Below the pieces are notes generated by a model. It had not been told where the DNA came from and did no database searches. It saw only the letters and a list, made by a program, of their open reading frames with translations. A DNA stretch of 64,000 nt from Chrysomallon squamiferum (lineage: Eukaryota; Animalia; Mollusca): NCBI GenBank assembly GCA_012295275.1, contig CM022679.1, positions 744,001-808,000 of the forward strand, in the 5' to 3' direction. Shown piece by piece: positions 42,147 through 59,700 of this stretch (positions within the stretch are counted from its first letter, which is position 1; every line of letters starts with the position of its first letter). The position numbers and the translations under genes were made by a program.

Positions 42147-45017
42147 TTTTATGATCACTTTCGAATGGTTTCAAACCTGTTGAAGAAATTAAATTTATGA
42201 TCAAGAATTCCTGAGACTAATAGCTGCAACATTGATGCTGTATAATTTAAACTGAATGTATTTAATCAAATTTCATACTCTGACTCAGCATTTTTGTAAA
42301 ATTTAATTTTATTTGGTAATATTTTAACTTAATTTTCTGTTATAAGTGATTATAAGGAGAAATCAAAATATAATTTTTGTTTGTTAAGTATCTGAGATAA
42401 AATGTTAACACACACACACACACACACAAAGACAGACAGACTATGGTAACAATTTCAGCTATGTTTTAGAAAACTACACATTGGTTTTAAAAAACTGCAG
42501 TTTGTTTTATAATCACTTATAAATGATGAATAACTGACTTAGTGTCCCATATTTTTTAAGATTACAAAAAATTGATACTTCTTGAATTTTCACATAATTT
42601 GTATACATTTCTTTTATTTTTTTTAAATATTCATTTCTGTTGTGATGTCAGATGACTTAATTTTCATTTCATTTCAAGAATGTCTGCAGTATTAAACATA
42701 AAACCTAGTCGTTTGTAAAATCATTTTTGTATTTTTATTGGCCATTTGTATTTACTTTCATTATTATTATTATTAGGTTTTTTTTTATTATTATTTAATT
42801 TACACCTTAAAGATATTCTACATATATAATTTTCAAAACATATATATAAACAATTTTTTTATAGCAGGGTAATAAAATATTTATCAATAAATAGAAATTT
42901 TTTATATTTTTTACCATCAGGAATGGAATTAAAAATAATAATAATACAAAAGAAACAAAATTGTTTAATGCAGAGAATATTTATTTATTTTTTAATTGGA
43001 CTGATAGTAATGGCATTTTCGATTGGACCTTCATCCAGAAATGCATAAATATGTTACTGGAGGAGAATGGAACTCCATTTTAACATCCTTTAAAGTAATA
43101 AACAACATTTTATATTCATAATTTTAACTAACAACTAAGTGTAAAACTTTCTAATAACATTTTTGTTTTAATCTTTTTTCACGTTTGTTTCAGAAACTTG
43201 AAACGCACCAGAGTAATCAGACTTCACTGATGAACAAGATTTGTTTGTGTTTTTAGTTGTTGTATCTCATCTTTTTACCAATCACAGCCATCCACTTTAA
43301 TCTATATTTTATTTTTAATTCTTTTTTTTTTCTTTTAATTTTCTAATTATTTCTCCAAGACCAAATCATGCATAATATATCAGAGCTTTTTGCTTCATTG
43401 TATTTATTTACACTAAACAGCATTACAGAAATTTGACATTTTAATGTTTTTTAATCAATTTAATGCTAACAATTTTTGGAAGTTTTTTGTCACTTTAGAA
43501 TTTTAATGATACCAAAGTATTATCATTCAGCTAATGGGTTTTTTTTTTAGATTGTTTTACTATTATTATATTTTCATTGTTGTGTAGTTCATGTCTGTTG
43601 TTTCTAAATATTTTCATTTAATATTTTATTATAATTTTGTTTGTTTTTTAAACCAATACCTTCTGGTATAAAAAAATCTGTACATTGAAAATGTTTCACT
43701 GGTTGTTTTAAGTATTGTTGTAATCTGGTGAGATGAAGTATTTTAGTACACAGAGTAGGACTGGTCTTTTCAGACCTTTGTTCATTTATAGAAGCCAAAA
43801 TTATGTTAATAAATAGCCAATTATATGTATAAATGTTGTTTGTTATTTATAATGAATGTTTAACCAGCACCTCAACACAAACTTACATCAGTGGTTAGGT
43901 TTTGAAAAAGAAAAAGTAAATATATTTAGGAGTTTGTAAACTGTTTACAATTTAAATTAAAACGGTTTTGTGACAAATGTTATACCAACAACCAAGGTAA
44001 ACTTATAAAATGTAACCATTAAAAGACAGTAATGAAATTTTAATATTTTTATAAATTAGTGTACACCTGTAACACACTGCAACCAATGTCATTGCATTGA
44101 GTTGTGTTTAGTTTACTGTACTTGTATGGTACAGAAACAGACTGAAATCTAACATACAATAATAACTGAACGATGTGAATCAGTAAGATATTTAATTATA
44201 ACAAAAGATCATTAATTTACAACAAGGTAAATAGATCAACAGTAATAAAAGTATCAAATTATCAACTGACAGTGTGTCTTTATTGTCACAATCAATACTA
44301 GTCTTAGGTTACTAATATGACCAGTGCAATCCAGTGACAGACTCTAGGGGGTGGTGGTAAGGGGTTTTATATCCCACAGATGTTTTATTAATTTTAGTCA
44401 GAAAACCCCCCACCCCTCCCTACAAACATGATTTGTAATTGCTGTACAATTTAACATTCAGTTTTGTTTATTTTATTATCTAACTTCATGATTCAGAATC
44501 TCTTTCCACAAATTAACAATAACCAAAACATCATGTTCTTCCAGAAGACAGAAAATTATTAACAAAATACGAGTTAAAAACAACCATTAAAAACTCAACA
44601 AGAAAAACAAGAAAAGAAAAAGAAGCACGGCTTTCAGAGGTTAATCTTCAACATAAATATGTGTACAAAAAATAAAAACTTGTAAAATTTAAAAACAAAA
44701 GTTAATGTTTTTATTTTTTATCATTTTTTTTTATCACAGTCTGAATTCTCAGCAACTAATGGCATTAAGGTAAGTTGTGACCTGTGTTTGTCTTTTTTCT
44801 ACTTTTTTTTCTTGTTTTTATTATTATTATTTTTTTTTTTATAATCGACATAAATACAGAACAAGATTGGGGAAAACAATGTTGACAATAACTAAATACA
44901 AAATAAACTACTTAAAACTTTTGTTTGTGTTGTTTTTATGATTATTATGATTATGGTTATGATTTGGGATTATGATTATGATTATGATTATGATTATGAT
45001 TATGATTATGATTTGAT

Positions 45018-45048
<31 letters not shown>

Positions 45049-45135
45049 CATTTTTAATTTTAACTTTTAACTTAATGTTTTATTTTTTGTTGTTGTTTGT
45101 TTCACCTTGTATTTTAAACTGTCATCATAATCATC

Positions 45136-45167
<32 letters not shown>

Positions 45168-45279
45168 TGTAGAGTTGTTGTATCCCACTGATTAAATAAA
45201 ATAGTCAAAAATTTTGCCCTGTTCTGAAATGTAATGATACAGTTTTATCAACAACATTTACAAACCTGTCTGTTATAAA

Positions 45280-45315
<36 letters not shown>

Positions 45316-45926
45316 GAAAGTCATATTAAATTTTAAAAAATCACTTCTGTATAATTTTAAAGTATATTTATAAATAATATATCTAGCTAAATATTCAAAT
45401 ATGTTTTTAACACTTTTACCCAGAACTATTTTCATATCAAAATGAGAAATATTTGTCAGTTCAGACACCATTTCTGCTTCTCAGATCATTTGGAGTTGAT
45501 GTGATTATACTGAGAAAAGATGATTTTTTATGCTTCATGATGAATAACTCTGACAATCTGGCCAGCCAGTATGTACTGGTAATCTGATACTAAACAATAT
45601 TTTATAAAAATAAAAATAATTAGTAATTAAAGAGGCACTGATGGTATTACCACAAAAATAAAAATAAATTTATATATATAAAATATTTACATCAAATTCT
45701 TCACAAATTATAGTATCTTCTGAATCGATGTCTGCACCATTTAAATATGATAATAAAAAAATATATTTTATGACACACACAAAACATGTTTAGACAAACA
45801 CACACACATACACTGAAAGAAGTAAACAAATGGAAAGAAAAAAAATAAAAATAAATAAAAAATACATTGCCAATTAATAAAAATAAAATAACTAACAAAA
45901 TACAATTGTTTTCTAAACTTCAGAGA

Positions 45927-45969
<43 letters not shown>

Positions 45970-46170
45970 ACAGACAAACAGAAATATGCAGAACAAGGAT
46001 TTAGATGTAACTTGTAACAGAAAATCAGAATTACAAAAATCACCACTTTAAACATCATCTCTCAGAATTGTTTAAATAAAATATATTAACACCGGTAATA
46101 ACAAGCTATAGATCAATAGTTTTGCCCTCCAAAGTAGAAATTTTTTTAAACAAATTTTCAAATTGTCATG

Positions 46171-46202
<32 letters not shown>

Positions 46203-46284
46203 AAACAAAAAAATTAAAAATAATTACATTATAACATTTTTAGAGTTAATAATATTGAAAATTATCTTTAAAATTAACTGTAGG

Positions 46285-49926
<3,642 letters not shown>

Positions 49927-49934
49927 TTTATTTA

Positions 49935-49960
49935 TCACGTGATATTTAATGTCACGTGAG
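49935..49960 (-). promoter_or_regulatory. Two TCACGTGA E-boxes (CLEAR/MiT-TFE/USF-type) immediately upstream of the LRMDA ATG
   Basis: TCACGTGA lies at 49935-49942 and 49952-49959. The start codon sits in AAAATGGCG (YY1-like). Confidence 0.55.
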
Positions 49961-50684
49961 TAAGACTAGGGAAGTGATGCGTGGCACTTCCTCATTTCTC
50001 TCTTTAGTTTTAACTTCCATTTTGTTTCTAATCTTATTTTTGAACGTTAGATATCATACATAAATAAATATATACATTTAAATGGATTTTTTTTTTTTTT
50101 TTTTTTTTTTTAGAATATTTGCTAAATTTTTATTTATTTATACATTACAACGCATTTTCACTTTCATACGTTGAGTCAGAAACCAAAACGAGAAAAAGAA
50201 ATGAGAGAGAGAGTAAAATAAACAGGCCAACTGCAAAATGCATACTTTTACTTTTACTACATTCAAAACAGAATTCTATAATGATCAAACTCAGATAAAT
50301 ATATAACAACACAGTCACTTTGAGTTTAGATGATTTATTGTTTCTACTAAACATACTCATACTGACAATAAAAATAAGTTAAAAGACTAAAATAATGAAA
50401 TCAATAAAGCGTTTATAATTTCTATTTATTTATTTATTTATTTATTTAATTTATTATGCAACTGACTTTTACAATCGCATCACGTTTTCGAAACATACCT
50501 GTTGATGTAATTATGTTCTGTACCTATGGTGAATAGATAGTCCCCCAAGAACACATTTTCAAGCGTGAGTTCCCGTATTAGCCACTCTGAGGTGGGGATG
50601 TCATCACTCACCAGGTGCGTTTCAGGTACAGATAATAAAATTATGGTCAGAAAATATTTAAAATAATAATAATAATAAAATAAA

Positions 50685-50762
<78 letters not shown>

Positions 50763-52026
50763 TCATAATAGTAATAAATATTACAAAAAGAAAAATAATT
50801 AAAAAAATAATAATAATTTAAACCAAAAAAAAAAAAAAAGAAAAAAAGATATTTGTAGATGATGTTTGTATGCAGGAAAATGGCAGTTGGATCTTTCATC
50901 TCCTGACCTTTCTTTCTTCCATGTATTCTTGTGTATGCATGATGCGAAAGAAAATAAATAAGTATAGAAAATGTTTTAATAATAATAATAAAATAAATAA
51001 AAAATAAAATGATAAAAATTAAAAGGGAAAAAATAAAATTATAAAAACAAATTTAGAAGCGTCGGCCGAAATCATAAAAGGAAAAAATATATATATATAT
51101 AATTTAACAAAGTGATTTTGGAATATTTCTGGTGTGTTTCCTGCTTTCGGTACCTTTCTGGTCGTCATTCCGGTAGTTGAAAGTGGAAAAACAACAGCAT
51201 ACTGATTTATTTTTGCATTAAAATCATTCAAACGTTAACAGTCTAGTTTATTTATACAGTTCTAATTTCGGATAATGTCGTCTAACAGAAAATGGTATCA
51301 ACGTCGAGGTACTTCGTTCATTCATGATCGAAGGGAGAGAACTCTATCTTATGATCACGTCAAATAACAGAAGCAGTAAACGACATCAAATGCGACAAAA
51401 TATAATTTAATATATATATATAAAGAGTAAATTCATAACCAACAGCATCTGAAATGTTAAGAACAATTAGATATTGATTTTACATTATGTTTTTTAAATT
51501 AAAAGAAATAATGTATTACAGCTGATATCTTTATTCTACAATAAATCCTTGTTTTGTTTTCTACACAATTTAATTTGAAGCTGAATTCATTATAATTCAA
51601 ATGTATTGTCTTACTGGTCTAGATATATACAAGATCTTTCTTATTTATTTTCTCATTGCTAAGTGAAATAATATGATTATTTCATTATACTTTGAAAATA
51701 TAAATATCCTTTTAAAATTTTCACCTACACAAAAACATGTACTTTTTGACGCATCAACTGATAATTAGATTCACTGATTTCCAAATCTGTATATAATGCA
51801 GAATATAAATATCTTTCCCAAATCGAGATTAAGATTTATTTATTTATTTATTTATTTGTTTGTTTGGTTGGTTGGTTTGTTGGATGGTTATTTGGTTGTT
51901 GTTGTTGTTTTTGTTGTTTTTTGTTTGTTTTTGTTTGGTTTTTGTTAATAATAAAAAAAACCTTTTTTCTCAGTTGATAACTAAATTATTTTGGTAAAAG
52001 ATTCGTATTATGATTCACGTTTCGTT

Positions 52027-52101
<75 letters not shown>

Positions 52102-52323
52102 GATTATGGATAACAGGTAAGATATTTGAATATACTGAGCAAGTCAATAATATATAAGAAATTTGAAAATATGTAAACTTTATTTAAGTGTGATACAATT
52201 TTGATAGGTAAGGTTAAAAAGTAATAAACATACCAATACAAAAACATTACATTTAATTAATTTACTATTTTAGTTATTTCTATATTAGATATGTTCAACA
52301 TAAATTTGCTGTTGTAATTTCGA

Positions 52324-52377
<54 letters not shown>

Positions 52378-53090
52378 ATCTGTGAAACTGAAATATTGTT
52401 GGTCGTTGCTGAAAAAACTGCACACTGCAGATAGAGATGGTGACGGGAAACGCATACTTCTCGAAAATTCAAAAAGTTAACTGACGGCCAAACATTTGTT
52501 TTGTTTTCTTCTGGTTGAAGAAACTAGATGAAGATGTAGCACATTAAAATATATACTGTAAGTTTATATAACACATAAAGTAACTGTGTGTGTTAAAAAC
52601 TGTTATGTTCACAATCAGTTAAGATATATGCCAAGCTCCCCTGCTGCGGATGTACATGTATAATTTGAAATTTCACAATAAAACTCAGTTGACATAATTA
52701 AATGTATGTTAGTCTAAGACCTAATATTTAATTAAAATAATATTAATTACGCATTAATTTTATTAATATCTTTTATGTATTTCAATTTCGTTAACTTTCC
52801 TATATTTGTAATTAATTATAAACCGACATGAATAGCTTTGACAATAATATTAATGAATTCTAAAAAACAAAATCCTAAAAACATCCAAACATTTAAATAC
52901 GGGTAATTAAAAAAGTATTCTGAATTGCATATCTGATTCAATACAACAAATTTTCAACAATTATCTCTTAACTGTTTTGTAAAGTTCACTCTCTGTTTTC
53001 TATTTTCACAGACACTGACGTATATTTACAGTACAAACATTTTCACTGGGGTTATCTGAGGAGGAGCGTGCAGAACGAATTTCATGACTG

Positions 53091-53204
53091 GTCACGTGAT
53101 TCATTTTTGCACTATAAATAAGTGTAGTTTCGAAGTGTAGTCACTTCATCGTCTTCCAGTTTTTGTGCCCGTTTTCTGAAGTGTGGAGATTTTGTTTTAT
53201 TGAA
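53091..53204 (+). promoter_or_regulatory. Promoter and non-coding first exon of the secreted peptide gene: GTCACGTGA, TATA box, Inr-like site, donor
   Basis: GTCACGTGA is at 53091-53099, TATAAATA at 53113-53120, and TCACTT at ~53141 (about 30 nt from the TATA box). The donor GAA|GTAAGT is at 53205 and the acceptor ttcttatctttccag ends at 53325. Confidence 0.7.
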
Positions 53205-53329
53205 GTAAGTGTTTTAATTTATTTTGATTTCTTTAACTTTAATTCGTTTATATTTAATTCTAAAATGAGGGGGGAGAATTAAATTTTCATTCGCTTACTC
53301 TATTATTTTTTTCTTATCTTTCCAGCAAA

Positions 53330-54086
53330 ATGAAGATCACATATTTCTTAGTTTTTCTGCTGACCTTGACCTTGGTTCCTGAAAACGTGGACGGCTGGTT
53401 CTTCCGATCCGTGCGAAGAATTCGCGTCAGTCCGTATCACACACTTGGTTGTATGGCGGCCTGTAAGTGGGCCAGGAGCTGGGCATGCAAGGTGTGCAAG
53501 AGGAAGAGAGGACTGGACGTGCGAGCTCATCCAGCAGAGGTAGTTTGAAAATCTCGATACAGAATTATTTAAACGGTTTCAATACGCTTCATCTGCTAAC
53601 GTCTCGTACGAGTTTAAACTTTACAAAATATTTCTAAATTTCAGGATGCTGACGATGTCGCAGCTTTGAAAGAACTGGATCTGAACGGAGATGGTTTTGC
53701 TGACCTGCATGAAATCGCTGTAGCATCGGGTCTGAAACCCAGAAACATGGTTCAAATGAAAAAATTCCATGCAGCAGACGGAAACGGTATGAATGTCGCA
53801 AATTGACGAGATTTTAGTGTTAAAATAGACGTGTAGGCCTAGTTATTAAAGTATATACAAATTTTGAGAAGTCTCATTTTTTGATACTTGAAATTTGTAG
53901 GTGATGGCAAACTGGATGTAGCAGAATTGGACGATTTCAATTTCGTGGATAAAGCTGAACGTAAGTGATTTTGTAGTCTTCACTTCATTCTGTAGATAGT
54001 TCCACTGACATTTAATGTGGGCAATAAATGATGTCGTGTTTCTAGTTGTAGAAGCCGTTGACGAAGATGGAGCGGACAGCGCTTGA
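53330..54086 (+). CDS. Secreted precursor, 150 aa: signal peptide + cationic Cys-containing peptide + KRKR + acidic two-EF-hand C-terminal propiece (candidate antimicrobial peptide)
   Basis: Exons are 53330-53539, 53645-53786, 53901-53960 and 54046-54086. Protein: MKITYFLVFLLTLTLVPENVDG/WFFRSVRRIRVSPYHTLGCMAACKWARSWACKVC/KRKR/GLDVRAHPAEDADDVAALKELDLNGDGFADLHEIAVASGLKPRNMVQMKKFHAADGNGDGKLDVAELDDFNFVDKAELVEAVDEDGADSA*. It has two canonical 12-residue EF loops. The gene structure is well supported; the function is inferred. Confidence 0.85.
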
Positions 54087-55607
54087 GTCGTCACAAATGT
54101 GTATCTCAATTCCAGGATGAGGGAAAAAATAAAATCGAAACAATTCCTTTTTGTTTGTGTGTTTTTTCCTTGCCAGTAATGTTCGCACAACATTAAAACC
54201 GACTCGCATAAACTGTTAGCGTTATACTGTCAATTTTTAACACTCCAAAATTTGTGCATCAACTAAATAACTACTTTAAACTATTTACGAAAATTGCACA
54301 TACAATTAGGTCGAAAATGTATAACCTACTAATGCAGAATAGTATATTTTTACGGTTGTCGCTTTTTTTTTTTTTTTTTTTCATGCGGGGTCGTTTTTTT
54401 TTTTTTTTCCCCAAAATGGGCTGTAAGCAACAGGATGCTGCTAATCAACGATTAAAATTTAATAAAATGGAACAAACGATATCTTTCATTGGACATAAGG
54501 CAGTTCCGGTAGTAAGGTAACCGATATAGACAAAATTATTTAAACCTTTATTTCGTTTGAGATATTCTTGACTGATTAATGAAACGATATTCTGCTTAGA
54601 TAACGTTAACAAAGAACTTGCATAAACGTTAGAATTGGTTTTTCACTTACCCAAAATTATAATTTATTTTTTTTAAGAGGCCGACTTCAATATTTATGAA
54701 TATTTACTTGTTTCAAAAACAGAATCGACATGTAGTGATTTTTTTCTTTTTTTTTCTTTTCCTGTTTGATGCGTACATGGAGCTCGCCATTTAGATTGGT
54801 TCCAATTCACTGGTTAAATGACAAGTGTACTTGCGCATCCGTCTTAAACTTGTTTCTGGCTGCTGGTTGTATATACGTGTATATGCGTGTTTCTGATACT
54901 CAAAATTGCTCCTGGCTGGTCGTTACAGTGTAGATAGTGTTGAAATGATGATTATAAATTGCTGTTAATCTCTCGTCCAAACAGATTTACATCGGCGTGG
55001 TCTAACTCGCACAACATTTTAAGATAATGGATGCTGATGTTGTGTGCAGAAACACGATGTCCTAGGAGTATTTTGCAGATATTTTACATCAAACAGACCC
55101 TCCTTTAGAAGTGTATTAATTTGTTTTTAATTTCAATCTTTATTTTTCATTGTTTTGTTTTAAATGAGTATTTAGCCTGTATTCACATATCCATACCATC
55201 AGTGATCCTTAGTCTGACAAATTACTTGGTTTCTGTTTATTTTCTTTTTTAATCATTTATTTATTTAAATAATAAATAAAAATGGTAAATGTAAACGAAT
55301 ACTTTTATTTAAACTATATCATTACTGCTTTCCAACGGGTACAGAACGAAAACAAAAAAATGTTTCTGGTCATCTACACCGAAGTAGATTAAACAAATTA
55401 AAAGAAAATAATTAGTTGGTAAAACATGACCAGACATGTTAGTTCCTTTGCCCTGAATCGCCGAATAAATTATTCTAGTGTATATGTTAAAATGTATCAC
55501 AGTCAGCACTTTTGAGTATATTTACTCTTTTGATTACCAGATGTTAAACTTCTTAAAATTCTGTCTTCCTGGAAACACTGTTTGCATCATTACAAACAAA
55601 CAGTCAG

Positions 55608-57941
55608 TCAGTCTGTACGTATTTCACCAGTCTCGTAGTGAGTTTTTAAAATGACAAGTTTATAGAAAGCCACAGCTAACAGCAAACTGTTTGTGTAGTG
55701 TTCTTGATCTACAGATTTCAACTGTCTAAATGTATCCCAGCATTCCTGGGGCAGGCTGACGTCACCAGCGACCTCAGAGTTGTTGTTGATGATGTCTCGA
55801 ACAACATGCTGACCACTGACTCTCTCCCCACCCAGAGAAAGCCCAAAAAACTTGCTGACCGTGGTGGCCGGGGTGGTGTACACTTTGTGTGTGTGTGTGT
55901 CTGCAAAGTCTCGGTTCAGAAGGATGGACAAAACAGCTTCGGTCAGTTTCTGACTCATCACAAACGGCGCAACTCGTAAGTTTGGTAACTGCAGCACTCG
56001 ACTTTCCATCACGTAAATGTCAGCTTGAGGAAGTGTTTTAGTCATCTCATGGATCTTTATCAAAAAATAATAAAATAATAGTAACACATTATTTTAAATC
56101 TAATGTTAAACAAGTTGTGTATATCACAGCTGATAAAAACAGTAATTAAACAGATTCGGTACATCTGCCAGAACTCACTGAGCATTCATTTCTGACAGAA
56201 TAAAATAATTTGATTTTACTTCATTAATACATTATTTGTTTTTTTATTATAATAAAATGTAATGTAATGTAATATATTTGGCAATTAGGTCTCCTCTGAG
56301 ATTTTCAGTCATTTAGATTATAAAACATAACTTTACTTTAAACAACAGAGGTTTTACCTTTTCAAGAAATATGACATGATCATATTTTTGAAAATGTTTA
56401 TCAAACACTGGAGAATGATTCCAGCCAAGAACCTGAAGACTTCTGTCCATCCATGTCCAACACACACGGTCACACTGTACATCCATAGCAACCAGACTGC
56501 TGATGTTCTTCATGAAAATGATAATAATAACCATAATAATAATAATCATATTTATAATAATAATCATAATAAACAACAGCTGCAATGCAGTCGAAATAAT
56601 AATTACAAAAAATTTAAATACCTCAAATTGCAGTAGCAATAATAATAATAATATCTGTAATAATAACAATATAAATAATAATAATAGAAATAATAATCAT
56701 AGTAATAAAAATAACAACAACAACAAAAACAAAACAAAAAACAGTAATGATAATAAAATTATAAAAATAATTATCATAATTATAGTAATATTAAACACTA
56801 TGAAGATAGATTTTGCATCTGCTGTAAAAGATAGCTGGGCTGGTAAATTCCAGTCATGTTTAAAATTAAATTAAAGTATGAATTATTATTTTATTTTTTG
56901 TTTCAAAGATCAGTCATACACTAAAATGTAATGTAATTATAAGCCTTTGTTATTATATATATATTTTTTATACTCATACTAACAATTACTATTAGTATTA
57001 CCAGTGATGTTGAAGTTATAAGATTTATTTCTTCAATCAAGTTTTAATATGACTAAAGTCACTAATATTTACATCAGACAATCTCACAACTACAAACCTG
57101 TCTCACGTCATTGCTCATTGGTGGATGTGACTTCACAGTTCCATGATCTGTGCTCAGTTTCAGTTTCAGAACAGTTTCATAATCATGATCTTTAAAGAAG
57201 TTGCACACTTTTTGCAATCCCATCATGCCAAGTCCCGGAACCTGAACAATGCCAGAAAGAGACTGGAATTCTCCATGTTCTGTTCGATATTTCACAATTG
57301 ATGAAGCTTTGGCAAGATTGAGCTGTTTGCTAATGCGTAGTTCCTCAATGGTACATTTGTTAAAACAGTTGATGATTCGCTCTCTCTCTTCTGAACTGTA
57401 CATAGTGTCCAGAACCTCGGCACGCTTCACAGCTGTCACTCTCGTAGCTAATCTAACTGTCTTCTGTTATTTAAAAAAAAAAAAAAAAAATAGCTAAACA
57501 TGAATAGCCAAATTATTATTATTATTATTATTAATATTAAATGTATTTCCGAACTGAAATCACTGTAAGTTCCACTGTTTATTCTCTTCACTCTTGCTGC
57601 AACTGCTTTAATATACATTCCTAACAAATGAAATAATCTGCATTACGTGTATATCTTTGTATTTATGACAGTGTGAATATGTGCCATTCTAACTCTCTAA
57701 TCGAATCTAATAAAATGACTAACGTAAGAAACGATAAAATGTATATATATATATATATATATATATATGTTTTGTTTTTTTTTAAATTTATTATTTTTAC
57801 TTTCGATTTCAAGGGCATGTCTGGAGGTTTTTCTCGCTGATAACACAAACATGATCTTTTAACGATTATTATTATTATTATTAGCATTACCTGCAGATTC
57901 CTTCCTAAGCCACAGTAACAAAGCTGTCTGAAGCAGTTCAT
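55608..57941 (-). CDS. TEFM: Transcription elongation factor, mitochondrial, ~337 aa
   Basis: Exons (minus) are 57941-57891, 57463-57098, 56507-56358 and 56054-55608, all phase 0. It has a basic transit-like N-terminus, an HhH region (YSSEERERIINCFN...IVKYRTEHGEFQSLSGIVQVPGLG) and an RNase-H/RuvC-like region (SLVAMDV, LPQADIYVME, EAVLSILLN, VSKFFGLSLGGERVSGQ, NSLLLAVAFY). The exon 1 assignment is less certain than the others. Confidence 0.88.
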
Positions 57942-57995
57942 TTTTTGTGGTTATTTTATACAATGTCAATAAATATTTTCGTTTTACGAAACCTA

Positions 57996-58004
57996 ACCGG
58001 AAGT
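57996..58004 (+). promoter_or_regulatory. ETS/GABP-type site ACCGGAAGT ~55 nt upstream of the TEFM ATG
   Basis: Perfect ETS consensus. GABP (NRF-2) sites are typical of promoters of nuclear-encoded mitochondrial genes. Confidence 0.5.
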
Positions 58005-58174
58005 TTTCATTTATTTATTTTCATTATATTAAAGAGTTCTAATGTATTATCTCTCTTAGAACGTGCCCCAGTTCAGAATAATTACATCATTTACTGGTTT
58101 GCTTTCGTGCTTTGCTTAAATAGTTTTTTACACCTTCATCTCTTCTCTCTCTGTACATTTTTAATTCAAAGGGA

Positions 58175-58223
<49 letters not shown>

Positions 58224-59326
58224 TATTTATTTAATTTTGGCTGTTTGTACTTATTTTACTACTTTATTATCTTATTATTTTATTATTTTAACATAAGAAT
58301 ACAAATAAAAGGATTTCAAAAAACATATGTCAGTACTACTGTGTGATCTAATGAGCTCGTTTATATTGCAAATAAAATTTCTACATTTCAGAATCACAGA
58401 TTATCACAAATAAAAAAAAGTAATAATAAAAACAAAGAAAACTGACACAATTGCAAGATATATTATTTATTCAAATGCTATACATTTTCTCATTTGGGAA
58501 AAATGATAACGTATTTTTTTTTTATCAGTAAGTGAATAAAATAACAGAATATATTAATCAAAAATATTAAATTAAATAGGATATTTTAGTATCATTTTTT
58601 TGAAGTCTTTTAGTTATTAAAGTACTGAAAATGTATATAGGTTTCATATTCCTCCTTTTTTCTTTTTATAATAAAAATTAATTAAAAAAAACAAAACAAT
58701 GCCAACAATTTCAGAACAATGACATTTTATTATCATTTCTCATACAAACAAATTTAAAAAAAAAAGGGTCAAAAAAATTTTTCCTTCAGAAACGCACCAA
58801 TCCTTGGTAATATTAAATACAATAGTTTTTCTCTCTCAAAATCAAAGTCTGATTTATATACAAATTTAATAGAAAATAGGTGAATTACAGAGGAGCCTTG
58901 TTAATTTGGATTAAAAAGTCCATCTTAAAAATGCAGACGTACATTTTAGCATGTATGTAATATAATAATAATAAAAAAAGCTAATTAGCTATTATGGAAT
59001 ATGTTACAGAAGGATTAATTAAAAAAGAAAGAAAAAGGATTCAGTTTAAGATTTCATTGTATTTTTATTTGCTTTCAGTGTAAAAAAAACACAAAAAAGA
59101 ACACATAGCAGACGTACAGTTTAAAATATTAAATATTCCAGTAAAATATACTTTTTTTTGAAACATTAGTGTTTTTAATCCTTTCTTTCTACAAAAGAAA
59201 CATCACATTGTTCAGCACTGATTTGCTACTGTCCAAAAAGATACACAAAATACACATCCACATTAATTGAACATTATGATGAAAACATGACACACACTGT
59301 TAAACTTTGTGACAGACAGGTAACTT

Positions 59327-59450
59327 TCAGTCAGATGTGTTAGTTTCTTCCTCTGGTTGTATCAAGTCTTTGAACCCAAGATTCTTCAACTCTTCTTTTG
59401 CCATCAGATTTCTGAAAAACAGAAAAATACATATATAATGATTAAAAAAA

Positions 59451-59482
<32 letters not shown>

Positions 59483-59642
59483 GATGATGATGATGATGAT
59501 GAAAACTAAAAATATTCTTTTCAAACAAAAGACTCAGCTATTTTGTAATGATTTCCTCAAATTAAATTTGTATTTCTAAATTAAAAATAATTTTATTATC
59601 ACATTTACTGTGAACACCTGCAATAACGATAATAAAAAAAAA

Positions 59643-59700
<58 letters not shown>

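Noticed and set aside
50480-50630. GC-richer exon-like island ending in a minus-strand CAG|GTATGT donor
   Set aside because: I found no convincing acceptor or partner exon, and the translation is not recognisable. It may be a repeat fragment.
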